From assembly GCA_029246845.1 (NCBI GenBank), contig JAQWMJ010000036.1, forward strand, positions 1 to 45,619: a stretch of 45,619 nucleotides of DNA, read 5' to 3'. A program made the translations under genes and the position numbers. The notes under the pieces are model-generated. The model was not told the origin of the DNA. It ran no database searches and was given only the letters and a program-made list of their open reading frames with translations. Every line of letters begins with the position of its first letter. Position 1 is the stretch's first letter. Of the stretch, positions 29,092 through 37,198 are shown piece after piece. Source of the stretch: Thermodesulfobacteriota bacterium (GTDB taxonomy: Bacteria > Desulfobacterota_D > UBA1144).

Positions 29092-29201
29092 TGTTAGAAA
29101 CAGTATCAACTATTTTAATAACCATAATATCTCTTATCTATGTTTTTTATCCATTAATTCAATTAAACTCAGAAATTAAAAAAGTAGATTGGGAGGATTA
29201 A
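29091..29201 (+). CDS. small single-TM protein (36 aa) coupled to ccmF
   Basis: MLETVSTILITIISLIYVFYPLIQLNSEIKKVDWED. The ATG overlaps the ccmF TAA and the ORF ends 4 nt before the next gene. Confidence 0.6.
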   Translation: MLETVSTILITIISLIYVFYPLIQLNSEIKKVDWED

Positions 29202-29205
29202 ATCT

Positions 29206-30447
29206 ATGAGATTTATCCTTTTCCTTCTGCTATATTTGGCTCCTTTTACTGCAATAAGCATAGAAGAGGACCTCAACTCCTTAGAGAACCTTTTTGTGGA
29301 AAAAAGATGTATTACTTGTCATGTTGTTGGTCGAGGAAAGTTTGTTGGACCAGACTTATATGATGCACTAAGCAAGTACTCTGAAGAGGATATACTCCAA
29401 TGGATTGAGAACCCTCAAGCAATTTACAAAAAGTATTCTAAAATGCCAATTAATGATGGTTATCCACCTATGCCTTATATGAATGTAGACAGTTCTGAAG
29501 CAAAAAGGCTTCTGGAATATTTAAAAAGAACAAAGGGCCTGGTTAGAAAAAATTCTAGAGTAAAAATATCAGGAACCATTAAGAATTTTAGTGAAAATAA
29601 ACTTTTAGACTCCCAAGAAGTTCAGCTTGAATTCGTAATGGCAGACAAGGTAAAGAATACTGAAAAACAAATTACAAATAATGGGAATTTTATTTTTAAT
29701 AATTTAATTGGGAATATAGCCTATAGAATAAAAATTTTTTATGATGGAATAGAGTACTCTACAGATAAATTCTATTTCTTACCTAGAGAAAATAATAAAT
29801 CTGTTGATTTAATTGTTTATGATTCAACACAAAAGATTAAGAATTTAAAGGTCAACTCATCACATTTAATAATTAGCTATGACGAAGATTCTGAGTCTAT
29901 AGTTATTGCTGAAATTATAAATGTTGAGAACCAATCTAGAAATATATTTGTAGGGACTAATAACTTTTCTGAGAAAATCAGAAAAATAAATTCATATGCC
30001 TTGTTCCCTGGAATTGAAAATTTAGGCTTTCCTCATAGAAGTAAGGAAACATTTATAGTTTCTCAGGAAAATGTTGTTGATACACTCCCTATGCCACCTG
30101 GAAACAGAAGAATCGTTTTAACTTACGCAAAGCAATTAAACTTCTTCTCCACTACTATCTCCAAGGTTTTTTTAAATGATATATCAAGCCTGACTATAAT
30201 TGTTCCAGAAAATAAATTATCTTTCACTTTAGACGGACTAGAATATATTAGAAAAGAAGCAGGTATAAAAGAGTTAGAAGATGATCAGTATAGTACTTAT
30301 TCCATTAGTGACATAACCAAAGGTCAAGAGATAAAGCTAACATTTAGAAAATATGATCTTTTCATTAATACAAAGAGTGTGATAGGGATTATATTTATAC
30401 TCTTTATGTTAGGAATATTTTTATATAAAAGATTTAAAAAAACTTAG
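29206..30447 (+). CDS. monoheme cytochrome c fused to beta-rich domains with a C-terminal membrane anchor
   Basis: Signal peptide; CITCH...GPDL...PPMP class I cytochrome c domain; carboxypeptidase-regulatory-like strand pattern; C-terminal TM segment followed by KRFKKT. Confidence 0.85.
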   Translation: MRFILFLLLYLAPFTAISIEEDLNSLENLFVEKRCITCHVVGRGKFVGPDLYDALSKYSEEDILQWIENPQAIYKKYSKMPINDGYPPMPYMNVDSSEAKRLLEYLKRTKGLVRKNSRVKISGTIKNFSENKLLDSQEVQLEFVMADKVKNTEKQITNNGNFIFNNLIGNIAYRIKIFYDGIEYSTDKFYFLPRENNKSVDLIVYDSTQKIKNLKVNSSHLIISYDEDSESIVIAEIINVENQSRNIFVGTNNFSEKIRKINSYALFPGIENLGFPHRSKETFIVSQENVVDTLPMPPGNRRIVLTYAKQLNFFSTTISKVFLNDISSLTIIVPENKLSFTLDGLEYIRKEAGIKELEDDQYSTYSISDITKGQEIKLTFRKYDLFINTKSVIGIIFILFMLGIFLYKRFKKT

Positions 30448-30467
30448 AAGAATGACAAATTTTTTTT

Positions 30468-30735
30468 ATGTCTACAACTATTGCTAACTCATATCATATT
30501 ATGCAAGCGAATCAAGGACAAGAGGTTCTGGATTATATTGCAAGTCGACAAGCAGATTGGATTTTTTTTTGAAAAAGATCCTTCTTTGCTTCATGCAAAA
30601 CTCTCATATTGGACTAAAGATATCCCTGATGTTCTAGATATGAGCTATAATGAAATTGAAATTGTACCTTTGATGGATAATTATCATGACGGATGGAATG
30701 AAACAGCTCTGATATTATACAAGAAGCAAGATTAA
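30468..30735 (+). pseudogene. hypothetical ~88-aa gene split by a +1 frameshift at a T9 tract (pseudogene, slippage site or sequence error)
   Basis: The ATG 30468 frame (MSTTIANSYHIMQANQGQEVLDYIASRQADWIFF) stops at TTT-TGA (30567-30572). Removing one T joins it to EKDPSLLHAK...KKQD*. Confidence 0.55.
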
Positions 30736-30840
30736 TAATGACTTGCTAAAGTTAATATTATGATATCAGTGCTTATATATTTTATAACCTATTTTATTGA
30801 GCCTAATGTCAAGGTTTTAATATAAAATTAGTGAAAAACT

Positions 30841-30869
30841 TTGACAATGATATTTTTATATATTATCAT
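30841..30869 (+). promoter_or_regulatory. near-consensus sigma70 promoter
   Basis: TTGACA-N17-TATCAT, followed by GAGGA (30880-30884) and the ATG at 30892. Confidence 0.7.
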
Positions 30870-30891
30870 TTGGTAAAACGAGGAAGTTATT

Positions 30892-31041
30892 ATGAAGAGA
30901 AAAAAACAAAGTTCAAAAGCTGAGTACCTTAAAAAGTATGATAAATCCATGCAACCTCTATCATCTTTGGGTAGTGGGTTGGTTGGGAAAGCTTTATTGG
31001 TGCTCCTATTTGTTGCTATATTGATCTTTGTGATTAATTAA
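30892..31041 (+). CDS. small tail-anchored membrane protein (49 aa, not in the ORF track)
   Basis: MKRKKQSSKAEYLKKYDKSMQPLSSLGSGLVGKALLVLLFVAILIFVIN*, with its own promoter and RBS. Confidence 0.7.
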   Translation: MKRKKQSSKAEYLKKYDKSMQPLSSLGSGLVGKALLVLLFVAILIFVIN

Positions 31042-31057
31042 ACTTCAGGATTAATAG

Positions 31058-31765
31058 TTAGGAGCTACAGATTAACTTTGTAATACCAATACCTAAAATA
31101 AGAGCTGTACTCGATCTTAAGACAGTATCACCCAGCGATAAGTCTATAAATTCATTTTCATTTGCTAATGTTACTTCATCTTCAGTGAATCCTCCTTCTG
31201 GCCCAATTATTATTGAGACGTCTTTGATGGGTGCAAAAAGTTTCTTAGTTATTTTGTTTTTGCTATTTTCATAAAAAATAATTTTTAAAGCTGAATTATT
31301 TTTACTAAATATATCTTGATAGACGATAGGTTCGGAAATCTTCATTATATCAGTTCTTCCACATTGTTTTGTTGCTGTCTTAATTATCTCAAGCCATCTT
31401 TTTTTTATTTCTTTTGACCTTTTTATAGTCCTCGCAGATATAATAGGAATAAATTCTTTTACTCCAAGTTCAACAGACTTTTCTATAATATCTTCTATAG
31501 ATTTACCCTTCGGAATAGATTGATAGACCTTAATGTTTGGCTCATTTGTATTTTTTTTGGGACGTAGGTATTGGACTTGTACAAGCATGAAAGTTTTTTT
31601 TATCTCAAGTATCTTGCAGAAAAATTCATTTTCATCTATATCAAAAATTAATATATCATCATCGACTCTATGTTTTAAGACTACAATGCAGTGATGAAAG
31701 TTCTCGCCTTCAACTCTTATTTCTTGGTCTTTTTTAATTTTTTTATCTATAAAGAATCTGTTCAT
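31058..31765 (-). CDS. rsmE: 16S rRNA m3U1498 methyltransferase
   Basis: Motifs MNRFF, EKSVELGV, ATKQCGR, IIIGPEGGF, LGDTVLRSSTA. Confidence 0.95.
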   Translation of the reverse strand: MNRFFIDKKIKKDQEIRVEGENFHHCIVVLKHRVDDDILIFDIDENEFFCKILEIKKTFMLVQVQYLRPKKNTNEPNIKVYQSIPKGKSIEDIIEKSVELGVKEFIPIISARTIKRSKEIKKRWLEIIKTATKQCGRTDIMKISEPIVYQDIFSKNNSALKIIFYENSKNKITKKLFAPIKDVSIIIGPEGGFTEDEVTLANENEFIDLSLGDTVLRSSTALILGIGITKLICSS

Positions 31766-33276
31766 TTTTCATTATATTTTACAATTTCACCTAGAAGATT
31801 ATCAATAGTGAATTTCTTGCATACCAGATGTGCTTTAATTCCATATGTGAGAAGTCTTTTAGCAGTTATGGGACCTATAGCTACGAACTTAGTTTTCCTA
31901 CTTAGTTTTGCTTTCTTTGGGGTTATGTATTTAAAGAAGTTGTCAACTGTTGAGGAGCTCGTAAAAGTTATAAAATCTATTTCCACTCCGTTCATCTTAG
32001 CCTGAATATCTTTTTTATCTTGATTTGAAGGCAGTACAGTATCGTAGATTTTAAGTTCCTTAACAGTGTTACCAGTTTTCTTTAACCCCTCAACCAGAGT
32101 ATCCCTTGCAATGGATGCTCTTGGAATAAATATTTTAGATTTATTGACCTTTAATTTTTTAAAGGAGCCTAACAGCCCCTCCGCTGTGAATACATTTGGA
32201 GTTAGATCAACTTTTAAGTTTAACTTCTTCACGGCTCTTCCGGTCTCGGAACCAATAACAGCTATCTTTAAATCACCAAGTTTCCTTATATCGGTATGTG
32301 ATTTAATAAATTCATTAAAAAATATCTCAACGCCATTAACACTTGTAAAAACAAGCCATTCGTAGCTATTAATATCTTTTAGATTTAGCTTGATAAGATT
32401 TGAAGGTCTAGGTTTTATTTCTATTGTTGGTATCTCTATAGGGTTTCCACCCAGTTCGGTTATTTGTTTTGTTAATACACTTGCGTTCTTCCTTGCCCTC
32501 GTGACAATAATATTTTTTCCAAATAAAGGTTTCTTTTCAAACCAATTTAGCTTTGATCTCATTTTGCAGATGGCCCCAATTATTATTATTGAAGGTGACT
32601 TAATATTATTAATTTTAATTAACTCAAAAATATTCTCAAAGTTTCCAACTACAGTTTTCTGGTTTGAATATGTACCCCAGTTTATTGCTGCAATAGGAGT
32701 TTTTTTAGACATACCATTTTGAATTAAGCGATTAATATTTTTTTTGAGATTTTTTGTTCCCATTAAAAAAATAATTGATTTCATTTTTGACAGTGCAACC
32801 CAATCAATTGAAGACTTATCTTTTTCAGGATCTTCGTGACCTGTAACAATTGCTAAAGTACTTGTTAGTTCTCTATGCGTCACAGGTATACCTGCATATG
32901 CTGGAACTGCGATTGCAGATGTAACTCCCGGGACTACTTCAAAATCAATCTTATTCTTTTTAAGCTCTTCTGCTTCCTCTCCACCACGCCCAAATAAAAA
33001 AGGGTCTCCACCTTTCAATCTGACTATCTTTTTATATCCCATTTTTGCTAGTAGGATAAGTTTCTTATTAGTTTGTTTTTGACTTAATGCCTTAAATCCT
33101 AGCCTCTTGCCTGCGTTTATAAGTTTACAGTCCTTTTTTGCCAGTGTAAGAAAGTAGGGATTGCTTAAGTAATCGTAAACAATAACATCTGCTTCTTTTA
33201 TTAATTCTAAACCTCTCACTGTTAATAGTCCCGGATCTCCTGGACCAGCGCCTACAAGATATACACAACTTTTCAT
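31762..33276 (-). CDS. cobA-hemD: fused uroporphyrinogen-III C-methyltransferase / uroporphyrinogen-III synthase
   Basis: CobA part: VYLVGAGPGDPGLLT, RLKGGDPFLFGRGGEE. HemD part: VTRA, FTSVNGV, FTSSSTV, AIGPITA. Start placed at MKSCVY (33276). Confidence 0.95.
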   Translation of the reverse strand: MKSCVYLVGAGPGDPGLLTVRGLELIKEADVIVYDYLSNPYFLTLAKKDCKLINAGKRLGFKALSQKQTNKKLILLAKMGYKKIVRLKGGDPFLFGRGGEEAEELKKNKIDFEVVPGVTSAIAVPAYAGIPVTHRELTSTLAIVTGHEDPEKDKSSIDWVALSKMKSIIFLMGTKNLKKNINRLIQNGMSKKTPIAAINWGTYSNQKTVVGNFENIFELIKINNIKSPSIIIIGAICKMRSKLNWFEKKPLFGKNIIVTRARKNASVLTKQITELGGNPIEIPTIEIKPRPSNLIKLNLKDINSYEWLVFTSVNGVEIFFNEFIKSHTDIRKLGDLKIAVIGSETGRAVKKLNLKVDLTPNVFTAEGLLGSFKKLKVNKSKIFIPRASIARDTLVEGLKKTGNTVKELKIYDTVLPSNQDKKDIQAKMNGVEIDFITFTSSSTVDNFFKYITPKKAKLSRKTKFVAIGPITAKRLLTYGIKAHLVCKKFTIDNLLGEIVKYNEK

Positions 33277-33339
33277 TAATAGAAAGAAAACCAAAAACCA
33301 CCAAAAAGTCAATTGATTTATATCAGTTACAATTATGAA

Positions 33340-35340
33340 ATGAGTAAAGACTTTAAAATTGAGACACCATTTAAGCCCAATGGTGATCAGCCAGAAGCAA
33401 TCTCGAAATTAACCAAGAATTTAAAACATGGAGTTAAAGAACAAACTTTACTCGGTGTGACAGGGAGTGGTAAAACTTTTACAATTGCAAATGTAATAGA
33501 AAATATTAACAGACCTACTGTTGTAATGGCTCATAACAAGACATTGGCTGCTCAATTATATGAAGAATTCAGGCAAATTTTCCCAAACAATGCTGTCCAT
33601 TATTTTGTTAGCTATTACGATTATTATCAACCTGAAGCATATATACCTTCATCTAATACTTATATTGCTAAAGATTCACAGATTAATGACCATATTGACC
33701 AACTTAGGCATGCAGCCACAAGTGCACTTTTTAACAGAAGAGACGTTATTATAGTTTCTAGTGTTTCATGTATCTATGGAATAGGGTCACCAAAAGATTA
33801 TTTTAATATGGCAATTGAATTAAAGACCAAAGATAGTCTCAATAGAGAGGATTTGCTCTCTGATTTGGTCAAAGTTCAGTATACACGTTCCAGGTTTGAA
33901 TTAACCAGGGGGAGTTTTCGGGCGATTGGAAATAATGTTGATATCATCCCTTCTAATTATGAAGATAAAGCCGTAAAAGTAAGATTTGAGGAAAATTTGA
34001 TTTCAGACTTATATGAGATTGATCCTCTTAATGGGGAGATTATTGAGGAGCTAGATAGCATAATTATTTTTCCAAGTAGCCACTATGTAGTTGAAAAGAT
34101 GACCACAGAGAAAGCTATCAAATCCATAGAAAAAGAACTGAAAGAACAGGTCGGCTCTCTTAGGAGTCAAGGCAAGTTAGATGAAATGAAAAGAATTCAA
34201 GAAAGAACAGCAAAGGATTTAGAGCTAATGGAAATTATGGGATTTTGCCCAGGTGTTGAAAATTATTCACGACACTTAGATCAAAGATCTAAGGGGGAGC
34301 CTCCATGTACTCTTATAGACTACTTCCCTGATGATTTTCTTTTAGTTGTAGATGAAAGTCATCAGACTGTGCCTCAGATAAGAGGTATGTATGCTGGAGA
34401 TAGGAGCAGAAAACAGACCTTAGTAGACCATGGATTTAGATTACCTTCTGCATTAGACAACAGGCCACTTAACATAGAAGAATTTGAAAAAAAGATTAAT
34501 CAAATAATATATGTTTCCGCAACACCGGCAGAATATGAAAAAATTAAAAGTAAGAAACATATTGTTGAGCAAATTATTCGTCCCACCGGTCTTATTGACC
34601 CAGTTATAGAAGTAAGACCAGCAAAAAATCAGATTGATGATTTATTTTTAGAGATTAATAAAACTATTGAAAATAATGAAAAGATCTTAGTAACGACTCT
34701 TACAAAGAAAATGGCAGAAGAAATTAGTTCATTTTTTAAAGGTAAAGGTGTAAGAATTGAATATATGCATTCTGACATAAAGACATTGGAGAGAGTAGAG
34801 ATTCTTAAGAAACTTAGAAATGATGAATTTGATGTTCTAGTCGGAATAAATTTACTTAGAGAAGGGTTAGATTTACCTGAAGTTTCTTTAGTTGGAATAT
34901 TAGACGCAGATAAAGAAGGATATCTTAGGTCCCAAACTTCACTTATTCAGACTTTTGGAAGAGCTGCTAGGAACATTCATGGAAAAGTAATTATGTATGC
35001 AGATGAAATAACTAATTCAATGCAAGCTGCAATGAAAGAGTCAAATAGGCGAAGAACTCTTCAATCTGAATATAATAAGAAAAATAATATCAGCCCTAAG
35101 TCAATTATTAAGGAAAAAGATTCTAATATTTCATCAATATATAATATTGACTATAATCAAGAAATTCTCCCTGATGACTTAAATATTCCCCCTCATAAGA
35201 TTTCGAAGGAAATAGAAAAACTAAGAAAAGAAATGAGATTATTGTCTGAAGAGCTAAAGTTTGAAGAAGCTGGACTAGTGAGGGATAAAATTAAAATACT
35301 TAAAAAAATGGAACTTGCACATATTGGAGAGATTGCATAA
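33340..35340 (+). CDS. uvrB: excinuclease ABC subunit B
   Basis: Motifs GDQP, GVTGSGKT, YYDYYQPEAY, DESH, NLLREGLDLPEV, FEEAGLVRD. Start placed at the ATG at 33340. Confidence 0.98.
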   Translation: MSKDFKIETPFKPNGDQPEAISKLTKNLKHGVKEQTLLGVTGSGKTFTIANVIENINRPTVVMAHNKTLAAQLYEEFRQIFPNNAVHYFVSYYDYYQPEAYIPSSNTYIAKDSQINDHIDQLRHAATSALFNRRDVIIVSSVSCIYGIGSPKDYFNMAIELKTKDSLNREDLLSDLVKVQYTRSRFELTRGSFRAIGNNVDIIPSNYEDKAVKVRFEENLISDLYEIDPLNGEIIEELDSIIIFPSSHYVVEKMTTEKAIKSIEKELKEQVGSLRSQGKLDEMKRIQERTAKDLELMEIMGFCPGVENYSRHLDQRSKGEPPCTLIDYFPDDFLLVVDESHQTVPQIRGMYAGDRSRKQTLVDHGFRLPSALDNRPLNIEEFEKKINQIIYVSATPAEYEKIKSKKHIVEQIIRPTGLIDPVIEVRPAKNQIDDLFLEINKTIENNEKILVTTLTKKMAEEISSFFKGKGVRIEYMHSDIKTLERVEILKKLRNDEFDVLVGINLLREGLDLPEVSLVGILDADKEGYLRSQTSLIQTFGRAARNIHGKVIMYADEITNSMQAAMKESNRRRTLQSEYNKKNNISPKSIIKEKDSNISSIYNIDYNQEILPDDLNIPPHKISKEIEKLRKEMRLLSEELKFEEAGLVRDKIKILKKMELAHIGEIA

Positions 35341-35394
35341 TACATCGGAAATGTTATGCTTTTTTTGTTATCTGAGGATAATTAATGTTTTTTT

Positions 35395-35423
35395 GAAGCG
35401 GGCTTGTCCCGCTTCTTTTGTTT
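35395..35423 (+). terminator. GC-rich hairpin plus U-tract in the rimP leader (intrinsic terminator or attenuator)
   Basis: GAAGCGGG-CTTGT-CCCGCTTC followed by TTTTGTTT, between uvrB and rimP. Confidence 0.75.
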
Positions 35424-35434
35424 GAAGGTATTTT

Positions 35435-35893
35435 TTGGAAAAAGCGAGTTTAGAAAAAGTTACTTCTTTTATTAAAATTATATGTTCGACTAGTGAATTC
35501 GATTTGGTTGATATTGAACACTCAAAGACTTCTAATTCTGCTAAACTTGTCATTTTTATAGATAAAGATGGTGGTGTTACTTTAGATGATTGTATTGATT
35601 TTAATGAATTGATTCACGAAGCTGGGGGTCTAGATGATTTGATAGACTCTAGCTATACACTCGAGGTTTCTTCACCTGGACCAAAAAGACCTTTGAAAGT
35701 TTTATCTGACTATGTAAGATTCAAGGGAAGGAAGGTTAAGGTTAAACTTTCAAGTATCGACACACTTAGTTCAAAGAAAGTGTTTGTTGGTACAATCGAG
35801 GACGTAATTGGAGATAAGATAAGTATTAATGATAGTGGAAAAATATTTGTTATTAATTACGAAAATATTTTGAAAGCTAATTTAAATTTATAG
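35435..35893 (+). CDS. rimP: ribosome maturation factor RimP
   Basis: Motifs IDKDGGVTLDDC and YTLEVSSPG; upstream of nusA; TTG start. Confidence 0.94.
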   Translation: MEKASLEKVTSFIKIICSTSEFDLVDIEHSKTSNSAKLVIFIDKDGGVTLDDCIDFNELIHEAGGLDDLIDSSYTLEVSSPGPKRPLKVLSDYVRFKGRKVKVKLSSIDTLSSKKVFVGTIEDVIGDKISINDSGKIFVINYENILKANLNL

Positions 35894-35902
35894 AGGATAA
35901 AA

Positions 35903-37195
35903 ATGAATGAAGAACTAGCAAGAGTAATTGATTCAGTTTCTAAAGACAAAGGGATTGAAAAAGAAATAATTTTGGAGGCCGTTAATGAGTCTGTTGTTTC
36001 TGCTGCACATAAATTACTTAAGACTGATTCAAGATATAAAGAATTAGAATGTCAGTTTAATGAGTACAACGATATAGAGCTTTTTGAATTCAAGAAAGTT
36101 GTTGATGACTTGTTTGATGAGGATATGGAAATATCTATCGAAGAGGCAAGGAAGCTTGATCCAGAAATACAATTAGGAGAAGAAATAGGTATAAAGTTAG
36201 ACCCTAGTTATACAAGGATTGCGATTCAAAACGCTAGGCAAAAGATTATACAGAAATTAAAAGAGGCTGAAGCGAAAGTTATATATGAGGAGTTTAAATC
36301 TCGAGAAGGAGAACTTGTTAATGGGATAGTTAGAAGAATTTCTAAGGGTACTATAATTGTAGACATAGGAAGGACTGAGGCAATAATTCCTTATGAACAA
36401 CAGGTTCCAAGAGAATATTTTCAACCAAAGGATAGACTCAGAGCGGTTCTATTGAATATTGAAGAAGATAAGAGGGGAACTAAGCTCATAATATCCAGGG
36501 CACATAAAAATTTTGTAGAGTCACTTTTTAAAGCAGAAGTACCTGAGATTGGGGAAGGAATTGTTCAAATAATGGGCATTTCTAGAGATCCAGGTGGTAG
36601 AACTAAAATTGCTGTTTCTTCTTCTGATCAAGATATTGACCCAGTTGGTGCTTGTGTAGGAATGAGAGGATCTAGAGTTCAAAATATAATCCAAGAACTG
36701 AAAGGTGAAAAGATTGATATAGTTCCATGGTCAGTCGATGTTGCGAGATATGCATGTAATTCATTGTCGCCCGCTAGAGTGAATAAAGTAATTATGGATG
36801 ATGTTTCAAAAGCAATGGAAGTAATTGTTGATGAAGATCAGTTCTCTTTAACAATTGGAAGGAAAGGACAGAATGTTAGACTTGCATCTGATTTATTAGG
36901 ATGGGATATAACTATCAAGACTGATATACAGCTTAGAGAAGAACAGCAAGGGGTAGTTAAGCTTTTATTAACACTTCCTAAAGTTTCCGAAGTTAATGCA
37001 AACCTCTTATTTGCTGGAGGATTTCATACATTAGAAGATGTTGCTTTTGGTGAAGTGGATGCAATACAAAAATCTTCAGGAATTACAGATAAAGAAGATG
37101 TGGAGAAAATTCAGATTTCTGCAAGAACAGCTTTACAAGAGAAGATAAGGAATGCTCCTGTCGAAGACATAACTGAGGAAAAGGAAGAAGTATAA
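35903..37195 (+). CDS. nusA: transcription termination factor NusA
   Basis: S1 and KH domains: RDPGGRTKIAV, DPVGACVGMRGSRV, IGRKGQNVRLA. Confidence 0.97.
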   Translation: MNEELARVIDSVSKDKGIEKEIILEAVNESVVSAAHKLLKTDSRYKELECQFNEYNDIELFEFKKVVDDLFDEDMEISIEEARKLDPEIQLGEEIGIKLDPSYTRIAIQNARQKIIQKLKEAEAKVIYEEFKSREGELVNGIVRRISKGTIIVDIGRTEAIIPYEQQVPREYFQPKDRLRAVLLNIEEDKRGTKLIISRAHKNFVESLFKAEVPEIGEGIVQIMGISRDPGGRTKIAVSSSDQDIDPVGACVGMRGSRVQNIIQELKGEKIDIVPWSVDVARYACNSLSPARVNKVIMDDVSKAMEVIVDEDQFSLTIGRKGQNVRLASDLLGWDITIKTDIQLREEQQGVVKLLLTLPKVSEVNANLLFAGGFHTLEDVAFGEVDAIQKSSGITDKEDVEKIQISARTALQEKIRNAPVEDITEEKEEV

Positions 37196-37198
37196 TTT

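Noticed and set aside
30760-30825. 21-codon hydrophobic ORF MISVLIYFITYFIEPNVKVLI
   Set aside because: It has no RBS, is very short, and is expected by chance in AT-rich DNA.
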